Origin: Podarcis melisellensis
Taxonomy: Eukaryota
Direction: 5' to 3' (one strand)
NCBI GenBank assembly: GCA_964234715.1
Contig: OZ174280.1
Length of the DNA: 64,000 nucleotides
In this document: positions 1 to 14,555 of the stretch, piece after piece
Layout of the letters: each line of letters starts with the position of its first letter
Position numbering within the stretch: position 1 is the stretch's first letter
Translations under genes and position numbers: made by a program
Notes under the pieces: model-generated
What the model was told of the DNA's origin: nothing
What the model saw: the letters and a program-made list of their open reading frames with translations, nothing else
Database searches by the model: none

Positions 1-1027
1 TTTGAAAGAAAAGTCACTTTTCTATAAATGGATATTGATCTTTGAGCTATAAAATATCACACCCAACTTAAAGGGGCTTTAATTTGTACGAGAATTATTT
101 GGTACTTTCTCTCCATGTACATTCCTTTGAAACAGAATTCTAATCATCTCTTGGTAAATGTTTATTTCTCAAAAACATACAATTACACATGCAAGCTGTT
201 CACAACGATACTCACAGGCAAGCACTTCCCACTTGAAGCTGCAAAGAAAGAAAAAACAGTATAGGAAAGCTCAAGCTGCAGTTCAATGAAGATATAAAAA
301 GCAAGAAAGCAGAACAGCACATAGAAAGCAGTCTTCATGAGCAAGACGACCAATGTTAACTTGCATCCAAAATTATTGAAAAAATGCAAGTCAGTGACTG
401 TTAAATGGCTACCGGCCTAGCATAATTACATATAGCTCTTTCCTTCCGCAAGCAAAGCAAGTGAGCAGAAGCTACAAGAACAAATGATCATCTGCATTAT
501 TTTTTTTTATCACCATGCCCAAGAAACACATTTCAGTTTTAGCATGAACTACTTATTAGTTGGAGGTGAGGCCTACTATCAATTACTGTTTTTTATACTG
601 AAGTCATTGCCGAAAGGCTCTGCAAGCACCAGTTTTTCCTGTTCTTCCATCAATCTGCTTCTCATATATTACAGTGACAAACCTGGGTATTTTTATTTTT
701 TTAAAAAGATCCTGGACTTCCATATCAAATAAAGAGATTGCAAATAGTCTGAAATCCTGTTTAATCTACAGCCTCACTCCAGGAACTTGCTCTGGCAGAG
801 ACTACTGTCTGACATACACCCTGGAAACTGGGTCTTTGTTTTATTAAGCAACAGAGCACTATGTTGTAGCCTGAGAAATAAGCAGCTGATGTAAAAGCAA
901 AAAAGCAAAATGCAAATCAGCAAGCAAAATTGCAGTGATATTGGAAATGCTGCTGAAAACTATTTATCCAATCTGAGGGATATACATGGGTCAAAGAAAA
1001 CTGCAGCAAATTACTGCATATATAGTA

Positions 1028-1269
1028 CAGTGGTACCTTGGTTATCGAACTTAATCCATTCTGGGAGTCTGTTCGACTCCCAGAACTGTTCGAAAACCAA
1101 GGTGCGGCTTCCGATTGGCTGCAGGAGCTTCCTGCACTCAATCGGAAGCCGTGTCAGATGTTTGGCTTCCAAAAAACGTTTGCAAATTGGAACCTGGAAT
1201 TCCAGGTTCGTGGTGTTTGGGAGCTGATTTGTTCGGGAGTGAAGCCGTTTGACAACCAAGGTACCACTG
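1028..1269. mobile_element. Tc1/mariner (Tigger-like) MITE in the PFKFB2 3' region
   Basis: TIR CAGTGGTACCTTGGTT / AACCAAGGTACCACTG; TA on both sides. Confidence 0.88.
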
Positions 1270-1908
1270 TATAGCAAATATGACTGTCCACTGTAAGAAA
1301 TTATGTATATGTTGGGTATATTGTGTAGAGCCCATGCACTCAGCTACAAACTACTATGGATCTGACAAATCTGTCTTAAAATGCTCACTTTAGACAACAG
1401 CCTTATTCAAAGGGCTTTTGCTTAGCATTAGAAACATATTTTCCTCATAAAAAGGAAAATTTTGCAGCAACAGAAATCATTATTACTTTTAAGTGTCCAC
1501 CCATAATTTTCAAACCAGAATACTTCAAAGTACATAGCTATTTGGAGTGGCCTGACATGAACCCTTTGGCCAAAATCTAAAAGGCCACACAGAGTTCTTT
1601 GCATCAAGGCCTCCTGAGCTACTCCACTTTTGTGAAAGTCATACCCTAAAGGTTAACAAATGTGGTGCAAAAGGCTGCAGCTGGAAGGGAAATTATCCCC
1701 CCCTCCCCGCAATGCACGCACAGAAGCATCTTAATCATGCACAGTAGGTTCTTTTAATCCTGACTTTTGATGGGAGGTTCTGTTTAATAATCTCACGTAA
1801 AGCATCACCAGCTTTCAATTGGCTTGAAAAGGTCAATTTCTGAAGTAAGGAGTGACAGGTGACATAATACTGCACAATTTTTGCCGTGCTTGAAATTGGA
1901 ATAGAAGA

Positions 1909-2163
<255 letters not shown>

Positions 2164-2325
2164 TCACAGAATTTTAAACCACAGTTAAAACACCACTGAA
2201 TATTGTTGATGCCAGGCATATATATATATATATATATACTGATATTCGCTTTCGTAGATTTTCACGGGTACAGGAATGCAGGTTTTGGTGTCCTCGGGTG
2301 TCTTCCCGTGTAAAAGTTGGGGTGT

Positions 2326-2370
2326 CTAGGCGACGTTTCGACGAGGTCTCACTCGTCATCTTCAGGCTGG
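2326..2370 (-). ncRNA. Mirror copy of the minimal hammerhead motif, sense to the PFKFB2 pre-mRNA
   Basis: Exact reverse complement of 2414..2458 within the palindrome. Confidence 0.7.
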
Positions 2371-2413
2371 TGCTTTCGGCTTCTTGTTACTTAGTAACAA
2401 GAAGCCGAAAGCA

Positions 2414-2458
2414 CCAGCCTGAAGATGACGAGTGAGACCTCGTCGAAACGTCGCCTAG
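2414..2458 (+). ncRNA. Minimal type I hammerhead ribozyme motif (Penelope-associated)
   Basis: CTGAAGA (2419..2425) - T - stem II GACGAG/CTCGTC with loop TGAGAC - GAAAC - GTC; predicted cut after 2452; stem I weak. Confidence 0.7.
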
Positions 2459-5400
2459 ACACCCCAACTTTTACACGGGAAGACACCCGAGGACACCAAA
2501 ACCTGCATACTGATATTCATATCTTTGCTTCATATGGTGTGCTCTCCTGCGGTGAAGGAGTACGGGCACATTTCTCTCTTCCTCCAAGTGCTTCTCATAA
2601 GGGCAGGGAGGAGGCAGCTGTGTTATTGTGAACTGTTGTTTTATTTTATATACATCTAGTTTTTTTGTACCCTGCCTTGTTATTGCCTATGAAAACAGTA
2701 TAAATATTGTAAGTAAAACATCAGCAAAATAAACCTAAATAAGGTTCATTTCTGTCCAGCTGTATTTTCTTAGAGAAGAAAAGGGAAATACAAATGAATG
2801 AGTAGAGTATTACCAGGTAGGGAATCCTTCAGTACCGCTCAGGCAGGTTAAATATTAAATGCTGCATGCTCAAGGTCTCTGCATGCAGGATATAATTCTT
2901 GCTCACCGATCAGATGACTTCAGCTATTTTTCTTACATAAGCTGTTTGGAAGTGTGACACTAGGGCAGCCTGATTTTCAGGGTCTACTTTTGGCTACAGC
3001 ATTTCGAGTGAATATTTTGTTGCTGCAGCTAAAGCAGCACTGTGATGCTCAATTTAAATAGAGCTCCTTCAGAGCTCCTTAGCAAACAAATTCCTGGTTG
3101 CAGGGCTGGGCCAACACAAGCCTTCTTGGGCTAGTCTAAGAGCTCTCAGGAAGTCACAGAAATAAGTCTTTACGAACCCTTCCTCTGCTTTAAGCCCTTG
3201 GTCTCTTTTATAGCACAGCAATGTCACGGAAGAACTGGCAAGAAGCAAAAGTTCAGCACTGTCCCTTGCACTTGAACTATAACACCTGTTCCCTTTGGGT
3301 GAATCTGTCAACATAGTGACAATGCCAAGCTGTTCAGTTTCATTCATTTATTTTCTATTTTTCATGAAGTTTCCTTGATTAGTCCTGAAATCAAGGGGAA
3401 ACTCATGTGAATACAGTAATACTTGTTCCAAATGTTATTGAGCATACTGGCCAGGGAATTGCCTGAAGGCCCATGAAGCCACCAAAGGAAGTCTGGGTCT
3501 GGTCAGGGCTTGGATGGGTAACCACCCAAAAACCACATAAATACTGCCTTCTATTCTATGGATTTAGTGCCTACTAGCGACACAGTATTGCACACCACTT
3601 TCCTGGCTTTCGACACTGGCTTAGAATGGGACCAAAAAAGAAAGAAAGAAAGAAAAGCCCGAAAACAAAACAAAGATGATTTAAACAAAGTCATAAAAAT
3701 TTTTGGTTGAATCCTGTAGTTCATGCTTACTTTCACCCTACTGTGGCTACACATTGAAATGTATTTTTCTGCCCTTCAGCGTTTTCATCATTGTTTTGCT
3801 TTCTGTGAGTCCCAGAAAAAACAGCAAATCTAATCATTTGAAATCTAGATGGAGTAAGAGAGGTGAGGATGGAGGGTAGGGGGTAGAAGGCCTTCCTGCA
3901 GAGCAGAGGGCATCTTGTTTCAGAGAAACAGAAGAAAAAATACCTTTGTAATTCAAAAGAACATTCCGGTCATTTATTTTATTCAAAGTAAAAACTGAGG
4001 GAAGCTAGGTTAAAATATCCCAAAAGTGCAGTGGTTCCCAGTATATTGAAACCACCTAGTATTTTTTTGGTCATAACAATGCCCTGGGACTTATTTTCCT
4101 TGTAAAATAAAAACTTCAAACCAGCAAATTCATAGGATATATATGTCATGCTGTAATGTAGTACCAGTTTCATGCGGATTTTGCATATTCAAAGCACTTA
4201 ATGCTTTTGAACTGAATGAACCATTGCTATAAGATTGCTAAGCAGTATCTATTGCATACTAGCTATTACAGAGCTGAGGGCAAAAGGCCTAACTGAATGC
4301 TTAAAAATAAATAAATCTTGAATTGTGACTAAACCATTTTTAGCAACCTGCATTAGATCTGTTGGTACAATGGCACTAAGCTCACAGCAATCACATTCTT
4401 ACAGTAAATTAAGCAACCAAAAAAAGGCAAAGTTGGGTTTCAAGCTGTAATAATGTAATCTTATTCCCCCCAAATAACTACTGTATATCAAATATACTCG
4501 CTGCTATTTTGGCACTTCAGTGAAATAATGTACAAGATTTCCCTCCACTTATGACAAACTGATATGCAAAGGTTACATTTCAGCCTTTTAGTACAGTACA
4601 AGAACATACAATGTGTGTACAAGAATTTGGACTCATCCTGTACTTTGGCAACCTCTTAAAGAGGCAATAGAGCACCTGTTACATGATGACTGCTGCATGG
4701 GTGAGGTGAGATTTTACTTCTTTTCCTGCTTCCTCAGATTTCCAATCAGGTTAGACAGACAGGGGAGGTAAAGGTTTTCAAGTGATTATGTCCACAGGGA
4801 GTACATAGTGACCTGGTAAATACTTGCCTGGATTCATCTTATAGTTCACGTATCTAGATATGCAGTTCACGTATCTTGCATGCCAAGAGTAACAATACAA
4901 AGCCTAGATGTGCCTACTCAGAATGAAACACCAGCGAGTTCAGTGGAACTTACTCCCAGGCAAGTGAGTACAGGGTTGCAGCCTGAGCTACTAAGTCTAA
5001 GGATGCATCTTTATATTTTACAACTCAACAAAATGGACCATATCTGGAACGCAACTGTGCTGTTGTTGTTTTACTTCCCAAACCATTAACAGTATACTTT
5101 AAAGCTCTAAAGCATTCAAACTGAAGATCAGACATTTATGTCTGAGGTTTTTAAAGAAATACTATCATGATAGCCCTTTATGCATTTTTTAAATAATAGC
5201 CTAAGAAATACATTATTCATCCCTAAACAGTATTTTCAAAGCATTCAAAAAATGAGAATAGGCACACATGCACACATATATGAGAATTCTCCCACTGTAA
5301 ATTTGATCCCTCAGTTCTAATCTGATAATATATTCCATGGCTTATTTTGGAGAGAAAAAACTACAAGAAGGGAACAATATTTTCTCAGAACCGAGGGTGG

Positions 5401-5674
5401 GGGGAGCTGAGTGTGCTAGAAAAAGATTACCCTCCTCATGAGTAAAGCACAATAGGCCCCATCTGAAGTGGACTAGGAGCTTCCCATTGATTTCCAAGTG
5501 TTTTGTACCCATAGCCCAATGAAACCAAAGTACTTGGGCCTAAGTTGTAAAAAGTTAATGAGACTTGACAGCTCAAATCTAGGTACATCAAGTTAACAGT
5601 CGTGGGTCAAACTTTCAGTTCAGCAACAAACAAAACAGAATACACAGAAAAGGGCTGGTATATATTATACATAC

Positions 5675-5745
5675 TGTTGTGGGTGGCTTGTCCCGGTGTG
5701 TGTCCACAGCTTCCACATTCAGGGAAATCATTTCCAATTTACAGC
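5675..5745 (-). CDS. PFKFB2: PFKFB2 exon (GCKLEMISLNVEAVDTHRDKPPTT)
   Basis: Manual translation; 71 nt; gtatgt donor. Confidence 0.92.
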
Positions 5746-6165
5746 CTTCATAAATGTGAAAATGGAATACACTTAAAATCATGCATTACTACATTATTAG
5801 ACAATAAACACAGAGAAAAAAAATCTTGAAGCGTTAATTTTAACTCCAAAACTGAAATACAAAGATGCTTCTGAGGAAGAGATGGGGGCTCTACTGTATG
5901 CACCCAAGTTTTCTCAACATTCAGTCTGGATTGTTTCTTATTTGGGCAAAGAATTCAACAACACAGGACAGGTTATAGGTGCAATCCAATTGGTGCTTCT
6001 TGTTTTTTTGCTAGAAGAAGGGGCGTTTTTTGACCATTCTTGCTTCTTTCTCTCTGCAGCTCCTTCTATGCTACCTTCCGTCTGCTCCAGATGGTCCTCC
6101 AACACTCTGGAGCTGGTTTGGGGGGCTGCTGGGAGCTGTGGGGGGAACTTCCTCTTCTGTTAGTA

Positions 6166-6417
6166 CAGTCATACCTTGGTTGTCGAACGGAATCTGTTCC
6201 GGGAGTCCGTTCGATTTTTGAAAACGTTCAACAACCAAGGCATGGCTTCCGATTGGCCGCAGGCGCTTCCTGCACTCAATCGGAAGCCACGGAAGCCATG
6301 TTGGATGTTTGGGTTCCAAAAGAATGTTCGCAAACTGGAACACTCACTTCCGGGTTTACAACGTTCGGGAGCCAAAATGTTTGACTCACAAGGCGTTCGG
6401 GATCCAAGGTATGACTG
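6166..6417. mobile_element. Tigger-like MITE, same family as 1028..1269
   Basis: TIR CAGTCATACCTTGG / CCAAGGTATGACTG; TA TSD; shared core GGCTTCCGATTGG. Confidence 0.88.
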
Positions 6418-6647
6418 TATGTGTGTCTGCTATGGCAAAGGCACTTCTGCAGATAAAAGAGCACAAACTGAACACAACCCTATCAGTCCCTCAATTTATA
6501 GGAGGTGGGAGAAAAGATGATTCAGGGTGGTGAAATGACTTTCTGCTAGCTCTGTGAAACAGGTGCAATCTGAACCTTGTCTCAAGTTAACATTCTAAGC
6601 ACTAGTAAGCACTGGAATCATTGCTTCCTCTCTCCCTGACTACGTTA

Positions 6648-6764
<117 letters not shown>

Positions 6765-7341
6765 TCATCTAGTCAAACCCCCTTCAATGCAGGAATCTCA
6801 AATAAAATAAGAATTAAAAACTACCAAGCATGGTCCAAAATGTACTTTATGCAACTCTCCTTGTTGCCTCAACTCAGAAGGAACTTTGTGGTAAACGTGT
6901 GAATGTACCTTGACTATAATGCTTGGAGGATGTAGATGTGCAAAAGCCAATTAGCAAGAGATAATTTCTATCAGTCTGTGCAATTATATCCAGTATAAAT
7001 CACTCGCAAAGCGGTTTACAAGAAGTAAGATCCTACACTTGTCTACACAGTAATAAGTCCCTTCTGGATAACTCCTAGGTGAAGTGTGTGTATGGAACTG
7101 TAGCCAAAGCATTTTTTTAAATAAAAGTGTACAGTCATAATGAGAATGAAAATTAAGAACAATGAAATAGGATAATAGGCACAGAGGAGTTGTTAATGTT
7201 GGAACTGCAGTGAGGGGAATGAGCTTCGGGTGTCATGATAAATCTGGTTCCCATAAACTGATGCACTGAAGAAAATATTGCATTTGGGTGATTTGCATCA
7301 GTATGTTTTTAATAGTGATGTGGTTCCTAATAATGTATTTA

Positions 7342-7557
<216 letters not shown>

Positions 7558-8589
7558 CTAGGAAACAAAAACAAATATTTACCAGAAACAAAAGGCACTC
7601 ACCTGATTTTACAACCTCACAAGTTTCAAAGCGATCAGAAATATATATATTAAAAAAACCAGCAGTGGAATTCAATGTGGTACTAAGGAGAAATGCTTGC
7701 ACTAATGGAACAATCTCACCTCTGCTCCCCTATATACTGTTTTTGGGGTTCTTTTTACCCCCCAGTGCAGATCTGGGGGAAGTGAAGGGGCACTATGGGC
7801 GGACAGAGAGAGGGAGGAAGCCCTGTTACACTAGCAGAAGTCCTTGTTCTGGCTTTCGCTACTGGAACTGGGTAGTTGAATCTGCCCCCTAGCTGAGTTT
7901 GTTACAATTAGTTAGTTAGTTAATTAATTAATTAATCAATCAATCACCATAATCTATTAAGACTTATTTTCTGACTCTTCCTTTAGAAACAACAAATGCC
8001 TTAAGTGGACCCTTGTGACAATTCTAAGTTATGGCAGAATCACCCACAGTTAGAAGTAATTACTAGTTTAAAGATCAGCAGGTTTTCTTCCAAGTTATGA
8101 GAATAATCATAATGCCTGAAATCTATCCGACCATACTTAAGTATAGCTTAAGAATATGCCTTATTTTTTTTTTTAAAAAAAACACTACTTAAATTTCACC
8201 AAAAAAAGTCACAATTTTGATGATGTGGAAGGAGGCTACCTAGGGAAGTCACAATGAATTCAGATATTCACAATACAAAATTGAGACCTAATAATGGGTC
8301 AGTTCAGACAATATGATAAACTATTATGGAAACAAGCTGCAGTGACCATCAGGCTCCCAGGCTCCCCTCTCTCTCTTCATCAGCACAGCTGCAAGGAGGG
8401 TTGGGGCAACTGGCTAAAATGTTTTAAACGGTTCTAATTTTGGTTCCTCTGTTTCATTTTTGTTGGGTTGGGGTTGGTTGTTACTTTAATTAGGGTATAA
8501 TTGTAAACTGTTTATTATTACTGTATTGATATTATTATTATTATTGGTTTCGATTTATTGGTTTCTTTGTTGCATGTATAGGATATCTT

Positions 8590-8710
8590 TTCTTTTTTTA
8601 ATGTTTGGTGTTTTGTTGTGTTTTATATGCTGTAAACTGCCCAGAGGAGCTAGGGAAACCCAGCCAGATGGGCGGGATATAAATTATTATTATTAGTAGT
8701 AGTAGTAGTA
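8590..8710 (+). mobile_element. L2 LINE 3' end
   Basis: TGTAAACTGCCCAGAG...CCCAGCCAGATGGGCGGGATATAAA plus (TAT)n(TAG)n. Confidence 0.7.
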
Positions 8711-9017
8711 TCCCTACTGTAACCACAGTTTGAATTTGGCTTGGTTCAAAGAATGTACAGTAAAGATTACCCACATTTTGCTACAGTGGACAAAACAACA
8801 AGAAGCAGTTAATCAAAAACAAAAGCAAGCTTCTGATCTCCTCTTTACTACTGTTCTGGAAGAGAGGTGAGGAGGAGCTCACTTTGACTTGTCCCCATTA
8901 TGAGATATAATGGTTTGTCTTAGCTTCTGAATCAGCTCAGTAAGAGTCCCTGCTGTAGTTTCCTGTTTTACTGTATTTTGCAGTTGTATTAGCTGTTTTA
9001 CCATTGATCACCGCCTA

Positions 9018-9185
<168 letters not shown>

Positions 9186-9692
9186 CTAGCAAAATAGGAA
9201 TTAATTCCAGAAGATAAAAAGAAAAGCTATCTGCATTCAGAAATTCCCCTTTTTAACATATGTGACACCAGTTTGCATTCACTTACAAAAGAGTGAAAAT
9301 AATTTCAGTGGATTATAGAAGGTTTTATCTCAAAACATGGAGGTTCCATAATTTTGATGACATTGAGATTGTAATCTCATGCCCACTAATTTAGGAGTAA
9401 ACACTACTGAGTATGCCAGAACTTCCTTTGATTTAAATGTTTGTCTGTTACGTTTTAACTGCACCCTTCCTCCTATCAGAGCTCAGGACATCATGCACCA
9501 AAATGAGTAACATCCAAAAATGCAGAACATTTCATGAATTTGTGTGTTAACCTTTCACAAGACTGAGCTTCAAACTTCTGAAATTTAGACTAATTACGGT
9601 ATACTTTTTGAAAAATTTGGCTTACTTGTAATTTCTTGAAGGAAGGAAGTAAAGTTTTATTTAGATTATTATCATTACATCAAAACAAATCA

Positions 9693-9899
<207 letters not shown>

Positions 9900-10501
9900 C
9901 TAGGATACAATACAATACAATTGAGATGCCTAAGCAGTTTTTAGCTTGTTGTCCTGGGGAAAGATTCCTCTTCTTTTATTAAGAATATGAGAATACCAAT
10001 CGAAGTCTGATGCTGCTCACAATGCTAGGGCAGGTAGCTACAAGGGCATGCAGAATCAAGACAGATGATGGGAGTCCTTGGAAAAGCACACTTTCCCAAA
10101 AGTATGTAAAAACACAGTTTGGTACAGAATTTGCCATATTTTTTTTATATAGGAGTAGAGCCAACCTTAATTTCATGCAGCCCACAAGAATGGGGTTCCA
10201 CAAAAACAAAGAGAGATTTGCAGTGCAGCAAACTCCACCAGCTTTGGTTGTGGTTTTTGTCTACCACTGGCTGTGACAAGCAACTGACTTTTCCTATGGG
10301 CTATTGACTTTTCATACGAAAACATTTCCTCACTCCTGTTCTAGAAAGAATGTATCTGTGAAGACAAGTAAAAGTATACTTTTGACTTAAGTTTAGGAAC
10401 CTATCCAATATGAACGATCACACACAACTCTATAAAATTAACTGAAGAACGAGGCTTTTGACTTACAAAAAAAAAATGATTAAATCGATACACAAGCAAT
10501 A

Positions 10502-10736
10502 CAGTTGTAACTTGGATCCCGAATGCCCTGGAACTTGGACGTTTTGGCTCCCAAGTGCCGCAAATCCAGAAATGATTGTTCTGGTTTGCAAACATTCTTT
10601 TGGAACCTGAACAGTCGACAGGGCTTCCAAGGCTCCTGATTGGCTGCAGGAGCTTCCTGCAGCCAATCAGAAGCTGTGATTTGTAAGTCGAATGGACTTC
10701 CAGAATGAATTCCATTCAACTTCCAAGGTACGACTG
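10502..10736. mobile_element. Tigger-like MITE, same family, opposite orientation
   Basis: Degenerate TIR CAGTTGTAACTTGG / CCAAGGTACGACTG; TA TSD. Confidence 0.82.
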
Positions 10737-11282
10737 TAGTTGTGTAACTTTCAGATATGTATAAGCTACTGTTGATTTTAACCATCTTCTGCATGTTTTT
10801 AAATAATGAAGAAAACTGCTTTGAGGTTTCAAATAAATGAATGAAACATCTGTAGGTGTTTTCTCAGAAAGCCATTTAATAAACGGAACAATTTTACCAT
10901 CAGAAACCCTAGCAGGGTGATGAATTTAGGATTATGATTCTTTTCTTTGCAATTATTGGCTGCATTGGCACATCATGGTGCACCGTAAACCATGGCTTAA
11001 CATGCACGAGCAAACTGCACCTTGTCCCCACTCACAGTAGGAGGAAACAAATCAAAATCCCTGGGCTAAGAGTTATGCCCAAAATGAAGGATTGATATTT
11101 GTCTCACTCCCAAACTACAACCCTTGGTTTGAATGAACTGAATGAAGGGATCCTTGTTTGATTCCTCCTGGTGCAAGGAAGGAGCATTCATGTTGAACCA
11201 TTAAGTATGGCTTGCTGTGACTTGTGACTATGCTTAGCACAAATGAAGGTGAATTTTGGCAGAAAATCTGACCCTCAACTTA

Positions 11283-11567
<285 letters not shown>

Positions 11568-12533
11568 TTATCAATATAATAATTCAATACGTATTTTCTT
11601 CTATATGTACATGTTTCACAACCCATAAGTGAATGTGTACATATTAAGAGCTGCATGTAAAGTTGGATCACTGAACTCATTCACAACAGCATATCCACTG
11701 GGATCACAAACTGCTGCATAAATACAGGATACAGTGTGGCATGAATTCCCATCAGCTGGATTTGGAATTGGCTCAGAATTTATAAGCTTCATCAGAGATC
11801 TGCCAGGGCCCTAAAAATAATTTTTGGGAGGCTTTTGTATAACATAGCCCAGCCTGAACCAAGAAATAGGGCTGGCGATGAAAAATACATAAATATGCAT
11901 AGGGCAGTTGAAAACTCACTGCTCAGCTCAGAAATGATTTTCTTCATATGTGCAGAGAAATACCTACAGGAAATGATGTTGATTATGAGCTGGATAAATT
12001 CATTTTCCAAACCAGGTAATTATGAACTTTGGCAACACTGACACTTACAGTAGCGACAGTGCAACTCTGTGAGCCAAACCAGACATGTTTGTGCTAAGGT
12101 GATGAATGCTTAGTCTCTTAAGAGTACAGAACAACAAGGAAAAAAACACCTTTCTTTTCTTTACAAAGTGTTTCCAGTTATCAGTGATGGAGAACTTCAA
12201 ACATGCAAGGATAGTGCTTAAAATTCTAAGCAGAGAGGAATATTAGAACATTCCCAGGACGCAAGAATGGATATTTGTATAAGAGATTGCTGTTTCTGCT
12301 ACTATGAAGAGTGTTTTCGCATGTTCTAAACAAGTGTGGGGGGAAAGGAAGTCAACTCATTTGAACTTCCTCTCCCCTTGTTGGTTTAGAACATATGAAT
12401 TTCTGATATCTCATACAATATCCTTGTGGAAATGCTGAATTGTCACCACATATAGTTCTCTTCTTGGCTTCATTTCCACCCCAAACACATACAACAACTT
12501 GAAAATCTCCCGACTCCTTTGTCCTGCCTCTTA

Positions 12534-12785
<252 letters not shown>

Positions 12786-13893
12786 CTAAGCTTCCAAACA
12801 AAAAGATACTGTTTAAATGTCTGTCTCACCCTGGCACAGAAACAAAGGACAATACTAAATGAATAGTGCATTATTTGCTTTGGGAATAGATAGACTGGGC
12901 TGCCCTTTCTATTACCTTTCAATGCATGCTGTTTGCAAGCTTGTGCCAAAAATATGTTCCAAGGTCAATAATTTGATGACTTAATTTTAGCTTCCAAAGT
13001 CTTACATAACTTATGTAAATACATCCATTAGCCTTAAGTTACCATACTTAAACCAACACTATTTTCTTCAAGCTCTGCATATAAGGAAGTAGCCATTGCC
13101 AAAAGCTATTACTTACACCCCCCACTCACCCACCCCATTGGAGTAAAATTATGGAGGGGGGAAGTATATGATACATATAAACTTGATAAAATTACTTTTG
13201 AAATAGAAATAAGCAAACCCAATGATCACTAAGATGTTCTGGATTTATTTACTCACAAAGCCCGGAAATTATTTAAAAAGTGTCTTTTATGGGGTCAAAC
13301 CACCGTTCCACTGATCTCTAAGGCCAGGCCAAAAATCCCTCCTCTACATTTGCAGGGCCATTTCTCCCAGCTGGGTTTACTTCAGATATTGCAGCCTGGC
13401 TGGTGGAAAAATAACCTCATGTGGGGAAATAACCTCAAGTGTTGAACCCCCTTTTCCAGGTGAGGGAAAGGGGTTTCAACATTCTACAACTGCAGATAGC
13501 TTTTGTCATTAAAATCACATGCCATTTGAAAATTGGACTGATGAATCTGTAAATACACACATTACCTTGTGTAACCTGGCATCTAAGCATGACACTAAAA
13601 TGCAGGTGTGCTGCTAGCAGGAAGTCTAACTGCAGTGCTGATAGCCAATTTACATGGTTACTCTGGCAAAGACCAGGGTCACCCCATTGTAACAAGGGTA
13701 CTACATAACACGTGAAGGGCAATATGTGACCATAAACATATGCAGACACATACCAGGGAACACCAGCCACAGTATAGAGTGGCCCTTTGAGAACTTGAAA
13801 CAAGAGTCTTGGAACAGATAGTGTTGGCAACAGCACTGTCTAATACTGCAATATAAAAAACAAAACCACTGAATGACCTTGGACAGCTCTCAT

Positions 13894-14068
13894 CAGGGCT
13901 GGCTCAAGACACTTTGGCACCTGAGGTGAACCACAAAATGGCATCCCCCTCCCCACCAGGGAAGAACAAGGGAGAAAATGTAAAGATCTACATCGAGATC
14001 TACTGCCCCTATGGATTCTGCCATCTGAGATGATAGCCTCGCTTCACCTCATGGATGAGCCAGCCCCA
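13894..14068. mobile_element. hAT MITE
   Basis: TIR CAGGGCTGGCTC / GAGCCAGCCCCA; perfect 8-bp TSD GCTCTCAT. Confidence 0.85.
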
Positions 14069-14498
14069 GCTCTCATCAAGAACTAAGAACTAAGCTCTTC
14101 AGTATGTGCCATTATTTTGTTTGATCTTTTTCAAGTGGTGTTCAAACTGGACTGAATCCAGATTCAACCCTCAAGACTAGATTTCCAGGGAGATGCAGGG
14201 GGAAGGAGGAACCCATGAAAATTGCTGCCTACACCCTTTTCCCTGGCAGAAGCATTCCCCTGAACAGAGTTCCTCTCACAGGAAGTCTACATCCAATCTG
14301 TAGTATGCATTTTCTTTGATGAATATCCACACACTGGCAAACCAGCAGGAAGAACAAATGATGCATGAAATGTGGAGCTGGTCTAAAACATCACAAAATG
14401 GTGGTCTTTCTCTAGCAACACCGAACTAATGCCAGTTAAGTATTCTGTAACAAAGAAAATCTAAGTAGGCCAACCTCTGGAATATGTCAAATACTCAC

Positions 14499-14555
14499 CA
14501 ATATATTGGCAGCAATGACCTCTGGATCATCACAGACAGACTCCACAAAAAACAC
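14499..14555 (-). CDS. PFKFB2: PFKFB2 exon (VFFVESVCDDPEVIAANIL)
   Basis: Manual translation; 57 nt; gtgagt donor. Confidence 0.95.

Larger units (their letters stand above)
2248..2506 (-). mobile_element. Penelope-like retroelement remnant (inverted pLTR pair plus 28-nt tail)
   Basis: TSD ATACTGATATTC at 2236..2247 and 2507..2518; perfect inverted repeat 2276..2391 / 2393..2508; unpaired tail 2248..2275 (minus: TCCTGTACCCGTGAAAATCTACGAAAGC); hammerhead core in each arm. Confidence 0.8.

Noticed and set aside
2174-2631. Twin ORFs MTSETSSKRRLD... on opposite strands
   Set aside because: A by-product of the palindrome; no coding evidence
4843-4876. Short direct repeats such as AGTTCACGTATCT x2 (similar cases near 38850, 39165 and 48790)
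   Set aside because: Ordinary local duplications with no further structure
6075-6156. Possible cassette exon EEEVPPTAPSSPP... in a PFKFB2 intron (cag acceptor, AAG|gtagca donor)
   Set aside because: 82 nt would shift the frame, no polypyrimidine tract (a MITE abuts it), no recognised homology
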